A DNA stretch of 63,065 nucleotides, counting the filler, from an uncultured bacterium (GTDB lineage Bacteria > JAGOEH01): the NCBI GenBank assembly GCA_964632485.1. It is 3 parts of 3 records of this genome, joined end to end, with 100 filler letters (N's around TTAATTAATTAA, not from the genome) between each part and the next. Parts side by side here need not be neighbours in the genome. Positions count along the whole stretch, not along the records: positions 27,301 to 51,243 come from CAZWDO010000036.1; positions 51,344 to 63,065 come from CAZWDO010000044.1; 1 more part is not named here. One strand, 5' to 3'. Positions 46,522 to 56,683 of the stretch are shown one piece after another. The notes below the pieces were generated by a model. That model ran no database searches. It was not told the origin of the DNA and was given only the letters and a program-made list of their open reading frames with translations. Position 1 is the first letter of the stretch. Each line of letters starts with the position of its first letter. A program made the translations under genes and the position numbers.

Positions 46522-49500
46522 ATGTTGTTCCAACCATTATTATTGCGATCCTTTTTTACAATCCTTACATTGGGCGCCGCTCTCCAGGCGCAATCCTGGC
46601 GTTTAGTCTTTGAGGATGATTTTGAACTCAAAGGACTGAACCAATGGTATGTCAATCCCGGCTGGGTCGTAATCGAGGATTCCACCAGAATTATGCGCGG
46701 AGGGGAAAATGCGTCGTTAGCCACTCCGTTTTGCGATATCTGGGACAACTACCAGCTCAGTTTTCGCTTTCGGCTGCTTGCGGGTTATCTATCTGTCTAT
46801 CTTCGCTACACGCCTCGCGAAGGACCCTTACCGCCGGCCGCCTACAAACTGAGCCTGACTCAGGGAGAGCAAACCTTCTCCAAAGATACGACGGACCTTC
46901 AAACTGTTTACTATCCGCTTGCCTACGATTCCTGGCATACGTTCGAGGCGATCTGTATCGATTCGACCCTCGTCATCGCCATCGATGGCGATACGCTGCT
47001 ATCTTATCGCGATCCCACCCAGCCCCATCTCTATGGCAAATTCGCGCTGGAACCCGGTGGAATTCCTACTATCGATTTCGATGATTTCACCGTATATCGT
47101 TCCGCGCCTCTTCCCGCCTATCGCTGGATAGCCACTGGCGGTCCCAGCGGCGGATTGGGTTACGACATCCGTATCCACCCCGAGGACAAAAACATAATGT
47201 TTGTCACCGACAATCCCAGCGGAGTCAACAAAAGCTATGATGGAGGCAATACCTGGGTACAGCGCAATACCGGCATCAATAACAATCGGATTCAGTCCGA
47301 AAATGAATTCAGCATTTTTTCACTAACCATCGACCCTATTCACCCCAACATAATATGGGCCGGAACACAATATCAGACGGGGCATTACCGTTCAACAGAC
47401 TATGGTGAGACCTGGGAGAAACGCAGCAACGGCATAACGGAAGGCGATGAAATCTCCAGCNNNNNNNNNNGTTTATTTTTTTCAACTACAATCATCCCGA
47501 TACCATGTACGCCTCCACCGGCATTTTTGACCGCGATTCCAAACGCGATACGCCGAATGGCGTCGGAATCCTCAAAAGCGTAGATGGCGGCAACAGTTGG
47601 TTCACTATTAACGAGGGCCTTGATAATCTATTTGTGGGATATATGGACATGCACCCTCGTGATCCCAATATACTCTTCGCCGCCACCGGACACAATTTAT
47701 CCACCAGCGACATATTGCCATGGGGCGGCATCTATCGTACCCGCAACGGAGGCCAGAACTGGGAAGAAGTATTGGGAAACGACATCTTTACATTAGTTTT
47801 AACGAGTTCCTCCAATCCGGATATTGTATACGCCGGCAGCGCCATCGCCATCTATCGAAGCGACGACGGCGGTGATACATGGCAAAAATTTCAGCAGGGC
47901 GAGGGTATCAACCAATGGGGGCCCATGGGTATTCGCGCTGGGGTGCCGATTGGCGCGGCCATTGATCCCGACGATCCCATGACCATTTTTGTCAACAATT
48001 ATACCGGCGGCAATTTTAAAAGCGTGGACGGCGGCAAAAACTGGGTGAACGCCAGCCAAGGCTACAGCGGGGCGCAACTGCGCCGCATCTCCATCGATGC
48101 CGACAACCCCGAAATTGCTTATACTTCCGGCCGCAGCGGCATCTTTCGTACATACTCCGGCGGCGCGATTTGGGACGGCATTGGTTATTACCCGGCGACT
48201 CCCATCGAATTTTACAGCATTCTGTCATTCCCTGGCAATAGTCGCAAGCTAATCGCCAGCGGCGTTGAACCCACGGAACTTTATATCAGCGAAGACGCCG
48301 GCATGAGCTGGCGAATCGCATATCCAGCCGTTACATCGCTGCCCGGGCATGGGGGATTCGCTATGGCCGTTCCGGCCAGCAATCCGGAAGTGATCTATGT
48401 GGGATATCGCCGCGAAGGCGGTATGATCCGGCTTTCTCCCGGAATGCTTAAATCGGAAGATGGCGGCGTAAGCTGGCGGGAAATCAATCAGGGAATGGAT
48501 GGATTTCGCAGTATCAATGTCATAGCGGTAGTCGATTCCACCCCCAATTGGCTTTATATTGGCACGGAAAGCGAAGGCGCGTATCATTCAACAGATGGCG
48601 GCGAAAGCTGGCAACCGATCAATGTAGGTCTGCCATCTCTCGAGATACTCTCTCTGGCCATCGATCCCTATGATTCCCTGTCCGTTTACGCAGGACTCGG
48701 AGAAGGCCAGGGCATCTATAAAACCAGCAATTGCGGCGCCAGTTGGAGCGAACTGAACAGCAACCTGCAACTGCGCTGCCCCTCCTGGCTTCGGCCCGTC
48801 GGCGCCGCCCAGGGCATTGACCTGACCCATTATACCCGGCGTCAACGTATGCCGACTCGCGAGTATCAACGCCTGCCATGGTCCCTCATTACCGATATCG
48901 AAATCGATCCCACCAACAACCAACGCATCTGGATTTCCGATTTTCATTATGGCGTATATCTCAGCGAGGATGGCGGCGCCAGTTGGCAAAGCTGGAACGA
49001 AGGCCTGGGCACCCCCAGCGTCAAGGATATGGAAATATCCAGCGACGGCAAAACTCTCTATGCCGCTACCTGGGGTCGCGGAGTATTTCACCTGACACAA
49101 ACCAATACCGAGCCCCAAATCATTAGCGTCATTCCCTCAACCGATTCGGTTTTACAGTTCAATATTGGCGATACAGTACTTTTCAGCGTGTTCGCCATCG
49201 ATCTGGACGGAGATTCGCTGACCTACAGTTGGGAATTAAACGGTATTTTCATTGACGACGCCTTTTACTCGCAGCGCCGACTCAATACTGAACCGCTCGC
49301 CCCCGGCTCCTATCGGCTTAATATCATAATCTCTGATTCCATACATACCATCGAACATCTCTGGCAATTCAACATCCTAGATCCCAGCGATATCGATGAA
49401 AGCCAATCCGACAACCACCCGCGATTTGCAGATTCTCCCGCTTACCCAAACCCAACGAACAGGGACGCAATTATCCCCTATACCCTACCCTCCGCGGCGC

Positions 49501-49712
49501 TTGTCAAGCTCACAATATTCAATCTGTTCGGCAAAAAAATCCGCGAAATCGCCGAACGCCATACATCCAGCGGGCGCTATTCATTGCGCTGGGACGGATG
49601 CGACCAAAATGGACTGGAATCGCCCAGCGGCGTCTATTTCTACCGCTTAGAAGCGCGGACAACTAAAACACAATATCAATCTATAACCCGGAAACTGATT
49701 CGACTTAAATAA
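46522..49712 (+). CDS. secreted BNR/VPS10-repeat beta-propeller protein with N-terminal lectin-like domain and C-terminal FlgD-Ig/T9SS-type domain; split only by the N gap at 47461-47470
   Basis: Signal peptide; many S.DGG.(S/T)W Asp-boxes; C-terminal YPNP.N...WDG.D.NG...PSGVYFYRL. Confidence 0.85.
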
Positions 49713-50130
49713 ACAGATCCAGCGTCACACCAGAGAATAATCTTCTTTCATATAAATAGCGCCACTAAATAGCGCCACCACCTTTTTTGGGTACACTGCG
49801 TTAGAAACCCCGCGTTTAATCGCGAATATTTTAATCCACGACTAATTCCTAACATTTGATCAGACTTAATAGTGAAAATTCTAACACAACAGCTTGTTAG
49901 CGCCATCCGCAAGGATTAAATCGATGAATTAAGGATTATCTCGAATTAGCCCTCGGTTTTTATGAATAGCTTCGGGTTTAATTTTAGCAACCAATGGATG
50001 GGATATAAACAAGGAGAAGTGCATTAATCTTTAGATTATATTTTATATTTGCTAAAAAATTTTAATTATTTTCTTGACAAATCTTTTATTAATTTGTATT
50101 CTGCATAAAACTTCAAAAGGATCATTTAAA

Positions 50131-51188
50131 ATGGATGCTCGCGCATTGCAAAAATATAAAGCCCGACTCTATGGCATTTTGCTCTTTATTACTATCATAC
50201 TGGGATTTTTGATTATTATCCTGAAAAAGGATATCGCCATTCTATTTATGGGACTGGTTCTATTTTTATATATTTCATTAAATTTACTAATATCTCTCAA
50301 TCAGAAACATTTAATCAAGTTTTTTACACTATTGGAAAAAACCGGGTGGAAACGCCTTTTAATCTGGAGCATGCGTTGGATCTATCTGGTGATTACCGCT
50401 ATAGGGAGTTGGTTTTTTCTAATGATGGAAAGTTGGCAATCGCGCCGACTGGTTTTTTTTGTCCTGTTTTTGCTTTCTGCCTGGTTTTTTCCTTTTTTTC
50501 ATCCGGAGCGCCCTCTATTCACCTACCGGGAAAACAAAGTTGGAACCTGGTACGGCTTTCTTTACATATTACCGTTTTACCGTTTAAAACGCCTCGGGTT
50601 TATTATCCTGGCGCTATTGATGTTGCTTCTCAATTTTGTGTTAATCAGCCGCAACGACATATCCCCAAAGGCATCGGTCCAGAGCATTTACCTTGAAAAC
50701 GGACAGCGAATACGGGAACCTTTATCGTTATTTTTGAAACGATCGATGTTTCCTACCGAAATCGATCAGTTCAAACTGGGTTTGCCCATGGTTAAACTTG
50801 CATTTCAAATGATCGAGGACAGCTTGATCTATGAAGATTACAGTACCATGATCCAAGAAATCAATTTTTTTAAAGAAATTCGCAATCTCGATATTTACGA
50901 CAACCCATTTCTGCGAAGTTACCGGGGAATGAATGCAGACCGACGGTTCAAAGGGATGGAAAATGTGGTATATCCCCTGCAGTTTTTCCAGATGATTCAT
51001 TGGAGCAGTCAGGATATCCACCATGCTTATTTCTTCAACCCGCTGAAAAACCAGAAAAACGATACACTCAATAAGAAAAAATATCCGCTCATCATCTTTT
51101 TCCATGGAAATGCGGGCGCCTTTCAGATGTATCTGCATTATTTCAGTCAATTGGAGGAATTTGCCGTACTCTGTCCCTCAGATACCAG
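50131..51188 (+). CDS. membrane protein with start of a C-terminal alpha/beta hydrolase domain, truncated
   Basis: About six TM helices, then YPLIIFFHGNAG; interrupted at 51189 by an IS-like terminus and the contig end. Confidence 0.65.
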
Positions 51189-51243
51189 TGTTCTGCATCA
51201 GTTGAAAATGGAGAGTACTTCTAAATTCCCGCTAAACCGGGAA
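51189..51243. mobile_element. putative IS terminus (TGT-starting inverted repeat, IS3/IS481-like)
   Basis: TGTTCTGCATCAGTTGAAAATGGAGAG aligns ungapped with copies at 51399 and 63013; lies at a gene interruption and contig end. Confidence 0.55.
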
Positions 51244-51343
51244 NNNNNNNNNNNNNNNNNNNNNNNNNNNNNNNNNNNNNNNNNNNNTTAATTAATTAAN
51301 NNNNNNNNNNNNNNNNNNNNNNNNNNNNNNNNNNNNNNNNNNN
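51244..51343. other. artificial contig-joining linker
   Basis: N run with TTAATTAATTAA at 51288-51299. Confidence 0.97.
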
Positions 51344-51398
51344 TGTCTCCTTTCAACCAATCAATATAATGATTTTTATCCAAAAGTCAAGATGGTTT

Positions 51399-51453
51399 TG
51401 TTGTGTTTCACATGGAAATGAAGAGCTCTGCCTGATTCCCGTTAAACCGGGAA
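51399..51453. mobile_element. degenerate IS terminus, same end type as 51189
   Basis: TGTTGTGTTTCACATGGAAATGAAGAG...TTCCCGTTAAACCGGGAA versus ...TTCCCGCTAAACCGGGAA. Confidence 0.5.
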
Positions 51454-51456
51454 GAA

Positions 51457-51700
51457 TTGTCATTCAAGGACCCGCCCTATCCGCTTTATCCCACGGAAAA
51501 GAATGCCGAGATGCTGAAATTGATTGTCGAGACCTCGTCCGATCCCGAAAGTATCGTGCTGGATTGTTTTTGCGGTTCCGGGGCCGCGCTCGAAGCCGCG
51601 CAACGCCGGGGGCGTCGCTGGATCGGCGTCGATATCTCGGAGAGCGCCATCGCGCCGCCGCCCGCAAGCGGCTGGACGCGATCGAATCCGACCTCTTTAC
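51457..51700 (+). pseudogene. C-terminal fragment of a site-specific DNA methyltransferase (N4/N6)
   Basis: YPTEKNAEML...VLDCFCGSG...RRWIGVDIS; N-terminal DPPY catalytic half is missing; frameshifted tail. Confidence 0.8.
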
Positions 51701-51731
51701 CGACTCCCCGGGCTATGAGTATGTTGCATGC

Positions 51732-54680
51732 CTATAGTTCTAATTTTATCTCCAGGGCCGATGATTTAACTATTTGATCTTTCGATGGCGCGGCGCAAAT
51801 TTTGATTTTATCCGGAGCGCTGATGGATATAAAACACCGCATTCCTGTCGTATCTTTATCAAAATGAATGATACGTTCACGCAATAATTCATCTCCCCGT
51901 TTCATGCTGCCGGTTCCCGCCGAAGGGGCCTGGGAAAACACCAGGTTGACCGCGCGATTGGGGATGGCCCCCAGTTCATACCATTGCTGATATTTGTCAT
52001 CTTGTTTGATGATGGAGACAAACTTTTCTCGCACATATTTTCCCACAAAAAAATAAAACGGTGATTGGTTCTGCATTTTTTCCCGTTGTTTATCGACGAC
52101 TTTGATCGGCTCTCCAGGGATGATATCCAGCAATCCCAGCGCGATCCCTGTTTTGCAGGTTGGTTGATAGGGATCTTTGTCATTGGCTATTGGCGGGGCA
52201 TGGAGGATAAACTGATAAGGCAGCGATGTGATGGATGCGGATTGTTCCTTCAGCCAATTTTGTATTGAGGTATCCATATCGGCGCAACTGAGAATGTTTG
52301 GGTGGGTCTCTTCCTGGCTGGTGATGGTATCCGTTTTTGGCGATTGCGTGTCCGCCTGCACGCGAGGAGGCGGATTTTTTCCTGTCCCGGCGGAATTCGG
52401 AAAGCAATAGTCGAAAAGGCGCTGCACCAATTGAGAACGGCAGGAGTTGCCGGCCAGGAAGATATGAATCGTGGAATCTTTGGCGATCCGCTTTAAGAAG
52501 GCGGTCTTCAAGGCCGTGCGGAATTCAGTGATCCCGCGAAACACTCGCTGGAATACATAGGTGTCGATCGTTTTTGTATTAATTTTCAATTCCGATTTTT
52601 CAGTGACGGTTTGTCCGCCGCGGTTGAAAAACAGATCGGCTTTGACCGATTTGATGCCCGATTCGACAGAATCCGCTTTTTTTTCACCCAGACGATGCCA
52701 ATAATTCCGCAGGGCGCCCATCATGATTGTGGTATTGGCGGCGGCGGCGCTTGAATTATCCAGAAAAGCCTCGGAACCGGGGAACGGGTCAGCGTCATCC
52801 GGGCAATCGAACGGTATTTGACTGGCCCGGCATACTTCCAGATTGTCTTGAAATACCAGATAAGCCATGTTTTCGAGGATATATTCCCCGCCCAGATAGG
52901 TATCGCCGGAAGAATAAAAATGTTCGATGATGTATTCCATGCCCTCGAGGTTCACTTCATCATTCTCCGCTTCCCGGAAAACTCCGAACGCGAAATCAGT
53001 TGTACCTCCCCCGAAATCGAATACCGCATAATTAATTTTATCATCGTTTTTAAGTAAACCGTTACTTTTTGCCGCCGAGGCCAGATAGGCGACCGGTTCC
53101 GAGGCGATTTCCTGCACGGAAAATTCCATTAGGCGCCTGGAAGCGCTGAACGAATCGGGCAAGCTCCGATGCAAGCCTCTGCTGAATGATTTCAAGATAT
53201 TCTGTTTGATCGGATCCGGGTATTTTACGGGAAATGTCATAAAATAGTTCAAGTAGATTCCGTTCAGCCGGTTGTTGATGAAGAGCCCCAATAAATAAGC
53301 ATAAAATTCAATGGGATCGAAACGATCACCAGTTTTTTTATCGGTATTTTGCGGCTGATGATGGGGGATAAGCACTTCCTGTTTTTTCAGCGTATCGATG
53401 ATCCTGAGGGGATTTTTGCCCGTATCGCGCAACGCCCACGGTTTCAACCGGTCCAGAATTGAATTGACCGTTTCGTTGACTTTCGTGTTCTCCTTCAGCA
53501 TATCCGCCGCGCGATGGGAACAACAGGCGTCTTTCCACCGGGTATCCGGTCGGAAATAATCGGCGCTCCAGGATCGGTATAGATGGCGATAATTGGAGAA
53601 CTGGAGCAGAGTCGGGTTTTCGAAATGGCTTTCCTCTACCGGTTTGAAATAATCATCGATGCCGATGCGGATCAACTTTTTCTTGCCGGTATCATCGCGA
53701 TAGGCGACCACGGTGCTGGATGTTCCGAAATCGATGGCCACCGCCATCTCGCGGACATCCTCTTCCGGATTGCGACTTTCCCAACTTTGGGGCAGATCAA
53801 ATTTTATATGCTCAGGATGCGATGCGTCTGGCGTCGAATAAAGTTCCCATAGACCCTTGTTGATATCGGTCAGGTAGGTTTCGTCCAGCTTGTTCAAGCC
53901 GATCTGACGGAGATCGCGCAATAGCAGATATTCTTTGATCCAGTCGGCGTTGTGTTCCTGAAAGCCACGGCCATGGGTTTTAGCAATGCTTGTTGTAGAA
54001 TCGCCATTTTTACGGATATGTTTCAATAACAATTCAAGTTCCTCGTCTTTAACCAGAATTCCTTTGCGGGAGTCAGCCAAACCTGGCGCAGCCTGGATGC
54101 CTTGGATTGATTGGATTAATTTATTCAGTTTTTGATATAGCGGTTCTGGACGTTCGGCGGGCAAAAAGCCCAAACCTTCGATCAAGGCCCAAATCGTAAT
54201 CTCTTTAGGCAATGGCGCGAAGGGCAAAAAGATGGCTCTGCTGGGGAAGTCTTGAAGCATTGAAATATATAAAGATGACACCCTCACTTTATCATCAGTA
54301 TCCAATCGGATTTTATCACCATTATAAGTATAATAGACATATTCGTTTGTATTAAATGTACACAAAATCAGAAATGTTTGGTTTTTTTTTAAAGTCTTTT
54401 GAGTATCTTCGACGGCAACTTTCCATATAAAACCCAGTTTTTTTCGCAAACTCGCTTCTTCGTCCTTCAACATGGTGTAATAGACGGATTTTGCTTCGCC
54501 ATTGTACCACAGGGCGTGGTGCTGATGGTCGTAAATCAGGTCCGGTTTTTTGAATTTAACGAAACGGTTCTTTTCAATTAAATCTTGAATTTCCTTTTGC
54601 AAGTCAGGCAATTGTCTTTGCGTTTCCTGGAAGATAGATTCCACCATATTGGAAGACAGATAAATGTGATTGACTTTCAT
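51732..54680 (-). CDS. atypical Hsp70/actin-fold ATPase with ~310-aa N-terminal extension
   Basis: AIDFGTSST (phosphate 1), SEPVA, VFDFGGGTTDF (phosphate 2), LGGE, LAGNS; no DnaK substrate-binding domain. Confidence 0.8.
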   Translation of the reverse strand: MKVNHIYLSSNMVESIFQETQRQLPDLQKEIQDLIEKNRFVKFKKPDLIYDHQHHALWYNGEAKSVYYTMLKDEEASLRKKLGFIWKVAVEDTQKTLKKNQTFLILCTFNTNEYVYYTYNGDKIRLDTDDKVRVSSLYISMLQDFPSRAIFLPFAPLPKEITIWALIEGLGFLPAERPEPLYQKLNKLIQSIQGIQAAPGLADSRKGILVKDEELELLLKHIRKNGDSTTSIAKTHGRGFQEHNADWIKEYLLLRDLRQIGLNKLDETYLTDINKGLWELYSTPDASHPEHIKFDLPQSWESRNPEEDVREMAVAIDFGTSSTVVAYRDDTGKKKLIRIGIDDYFKPVEESHFENPTLLQFSNYRHLYRSWSADYFRPDTRWKDACCSHRAADMLKENTKVNETVNSILDRLKPWALRDTGKNPLRIIDTLKKQEVLIPHHQPQNTDKKTGDRFDPIEFYAYLLGLFINNRLNGIYLNYFMTFPVKYPDPIKQNILKSFSRGLHRSLPDSFSASRRLMEFSVQEIASEPVAYLASAAKSNGLLKNDDKINYAVFDFGGGTTDFAFGVFREAENDEVNLEGMEYIIEHFYSSGDTYLGGEYILENMAYLVFQDNLEVCRASQIPFDCPDDADPFPGSEAFLDNSSAAAANTTIMMGALRNYWHRLGEKKADSVESGIKSVKADLFFNRGGQTVTEKSELKINTKTIDTYVFQRVFRGITEFRTALKTAFLKRIAKDSTIHIFLAGNSCRSQLVQRLFDYCFPNSAGTGKNPPPRVQADTQSPKTDTITSQEETHPNILSCADMDTSIQNWLKEQSASITSLPYQFILHAPPIANDKDPYQPTCKTGIALGLLDIIPGEPIKVVDKQREKMQNQSPFYFFVGKYVREKFVSIIKQDDKYQQWYELGAIPNRAVNLVFSQAPSAGTGSMKRGDELLRERIIHFDKDTTGMRCFISISAPDKIKICAAPSKDQIVKSSALEIKLEL

Positions 54681-54703
54681 GATTGCTCCTTGCTCGTGAA
54701 TGC

Positions 54704-55888
54704 TTAATCGACCAGCACCGCGGCTTTTTTTGTTTTGCCCTGCAGGGAATAGCCCGGGAAGAGGGTTTGCGCGATGGCGCTTCCGGATGAGATGGGGCAG
54801 TTGTGCCGCTCGCGGTTGAAACCCTCCCCGGGGCGGGGCTCGATGACCTCAAAATCCGTTGTATGCTGTATCGCCGCCAGATTGCCGACGAAAAACCTCA
54901 GTAATTCGATTTCTGCCGTATCTGCTGGCTTCTGAGTGCTTGTACAGCGATTCCTAATCTTGTCCCAATAATTTTCAAGCTTCTCTTCATTGGAGAGAGC
55001 CAGAACAAACTGTTCAAAATTATCGATCGCCAATACCTCTTTAATGGCGGGGTGAGCATCGATTTTCGGCCATAATTGGCGAAATTTCCGAAACAGATTT
55101 TGCTCACAATTCAATTGCTCTTGAGTTTTTTTATTTTCATCTTCCAGTTTGTCTTTTTTTTGGTTCAGTTTTCGAATGTCGGAATTCAGGCTATCAATAT
55201 TGTTTCGTAGTTCTTGAATGTCAGAATTCAATTTGTCAATCTGCTTTTGTTTGTCGCTAATATCAGCGTTTAGGGTTTTGGTATTATTATTTAATTGATT
55301 TATTTGGCGTTGCTGGTTTGAGATTGTCTGTTTATTTTCGAATATTTCGCTATTCAGCCTGTTTTTTTCATTTGTCAGCGAAGCTACTTCCCCTTGTAAA
55401 CGATCCCGTTCTCTTTCTAAATGGTCCCGTTGCCCTTCAACCGATCTGAATCCGGAAATTAATTTTTCCTTAAATTCACGCAGTATCTCAGTTAGTTTCA
55501 TAGTATCAAAATCCCTTTCGTCGAATTCAAAATTTAGTTCCGACCCCAGCTCATGCCTGAACGATGCAAACGATTTATTTTCTTCTATCAATCGCTCATT
55601 CTCGGATTTTAAATCGTCTCTTTCCTGTTCGATTATGCTTATCCGCTCATCCTTTTTACGGATTTCTTCTCGCAGTCGCTCAATTTCCCGTTTGGCCTCA
55701 TCATTTTCCGGATATTCGGTGAGCGATGGCGGCTGCTCATCGATCACGTCCCTGATCAATTCCGTCAATCGACGTTTAAATGATTCGCTTTGCATTTCAT
55801 TGTATATGTATTCGTGGATTATTTCCTTTTTTTTCATCCTTTTACTCCCTTGGAGGTAGCGCTTATTAACGTTTGAATAATACCGCAT
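54704..55888 (-). CDS. long coiled-coil protein with GrpE-like C-terminal beta domain
   Basis: Heptad repeats over ~220 aa; C-terminal GEGFNRERH...IAQTLFPGY......KAAVLV resembles GrpE GxxFDPxxH...GY...AxV. Confidence 0.65.
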   Translation of the reverse strand: MRYYSNVNKRYLQGSKRMKKKEIIHEYIYNEMQSESFKRRLTELIRDVIDEQPPSLTEYPENDEAKREIERLREEIRKKDERISIIEQERDDLKSENERLIEENKSFASFRHELGSELNFEFDERDFDTMKLTEILREFKEKLISGFRSVEGQRDHLERERDRLQGEVASLTNEKNRLNSEIFENKQTISNQQRQINQLNNNTKTLNADISDKQKQIDKLNSDIQELRNNIDSLNSDIRKLNQKKDKLEDENKKTQEQLNCEQNLFRKFRQLWPKIDAHPAIKEVLAIDNFEQFVLALSNEEKLENYWDKIRNRCTSTQKPADTAEIELLRFFVGNLAAIQHTTDFEVIEPRPGEGFNRERHNCPISSGSAIAQTLFPGYSLQGKTKKAAVLVD

Positions 55889-55896
55889 GTTCTTAC

Positions 55897-56670
55897 CTAA
55901 CTTACTGTTATTTGATTTATCTCGCCGGAATTGCCGGATTGTTTCTTCGATGGAGTGGAAAGTTGCGACGATGAGAATTGGCCGAGAATCTCAACCAAGG
56001 CCCGGGCGATGGTTTCCGGAGGAACCTGACGTTGATCCGGGGCGATTGGCTTTCCTTTCAGCGCCAGATAATGATAGGCTGTGGGCCAGGTGAGTGTGTC
56101 CTGAAGGCAGAGAAACGCGAATTGCAGATCGAGGGGAGAATCGACAATTTTGTGGATAGCCAGCATCTCCCGTCCAAAACAGCGGCGAATTTGACGAATG
56201 GGCAAAGCGCCGCCTTGTGCCGCCGCCGGGCAGACGGTTACATCGATATAATTGGTATGATGCGTCAGAAAATCGGCCAATCGGGAGCCTCCGCAATGAA
56301 TCTGACCGCCGGTATAATCGATGCGCGCCAGAATCAACTCGTCGGGTTGCGGTTTTTCCGATATGTTTTTTACAGTCATTTTTCCGGTATTTATTTCCGG
56401 TCCGATGCAGATATACTTTTCACGCGGCGGTTGTGCAAACGGATACTCATTTTCCAGGAACCAAAGATCGCCTGCGATTTTGGCCACGCCGGAACCGAGG
56501 ACAATCTGGTCCGGCGGGCCGTTGAATTCCAGGCCGAAGAGCACGCCGTCCGCATATTCGGAGAGCATAGAGTGGACAAAATTTTGTGGAAAGTCCCGAA
56601 GCGCTTCGAGCATATCGGCGCAAAGGATTTTCCCGGGAGAAAAATCAGGTTTCAATTGAGTTAACTGCAT
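55897..56670 (-). CDS. conserved hypothetical protein of the Hsp70-like operon
   Basis: ATG at 56670 after GGAGG; PDFSPGKIL...MLEALRDFP...YADGVLFG. Confidence 0.7.
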   Translation of the reverse strand: MQLTQLKPDFSPGKILCADMLEALRDFPQNFVHSMLSEYADGVLFGLEFNGPPDQIVLGSGVAKIAGDLWFLENEYPFAQPPREKYICIGPEINTGKMTVKNISEKPQPDELILARIDYTGGQIHCGGSRLADFLTHHTNYIDVTVCPAAAQGGALPIRQIRRCFGREMLAIHKIVDSPLDLQFAFLCLQDTLTWPTAYHYLALKGKPIAPDQRQVPPETIARALVEILGQFSSSQLSTPSKKQSGNSGEINQITVS

Positions 56671-56683
56671 GTTTTCCTCCCGC

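Noticed and set aside
55978-56664. 228-aa plus-strand ORF
   Set aside because: Antisense to the operonic minus-strand gene; no SD or motif
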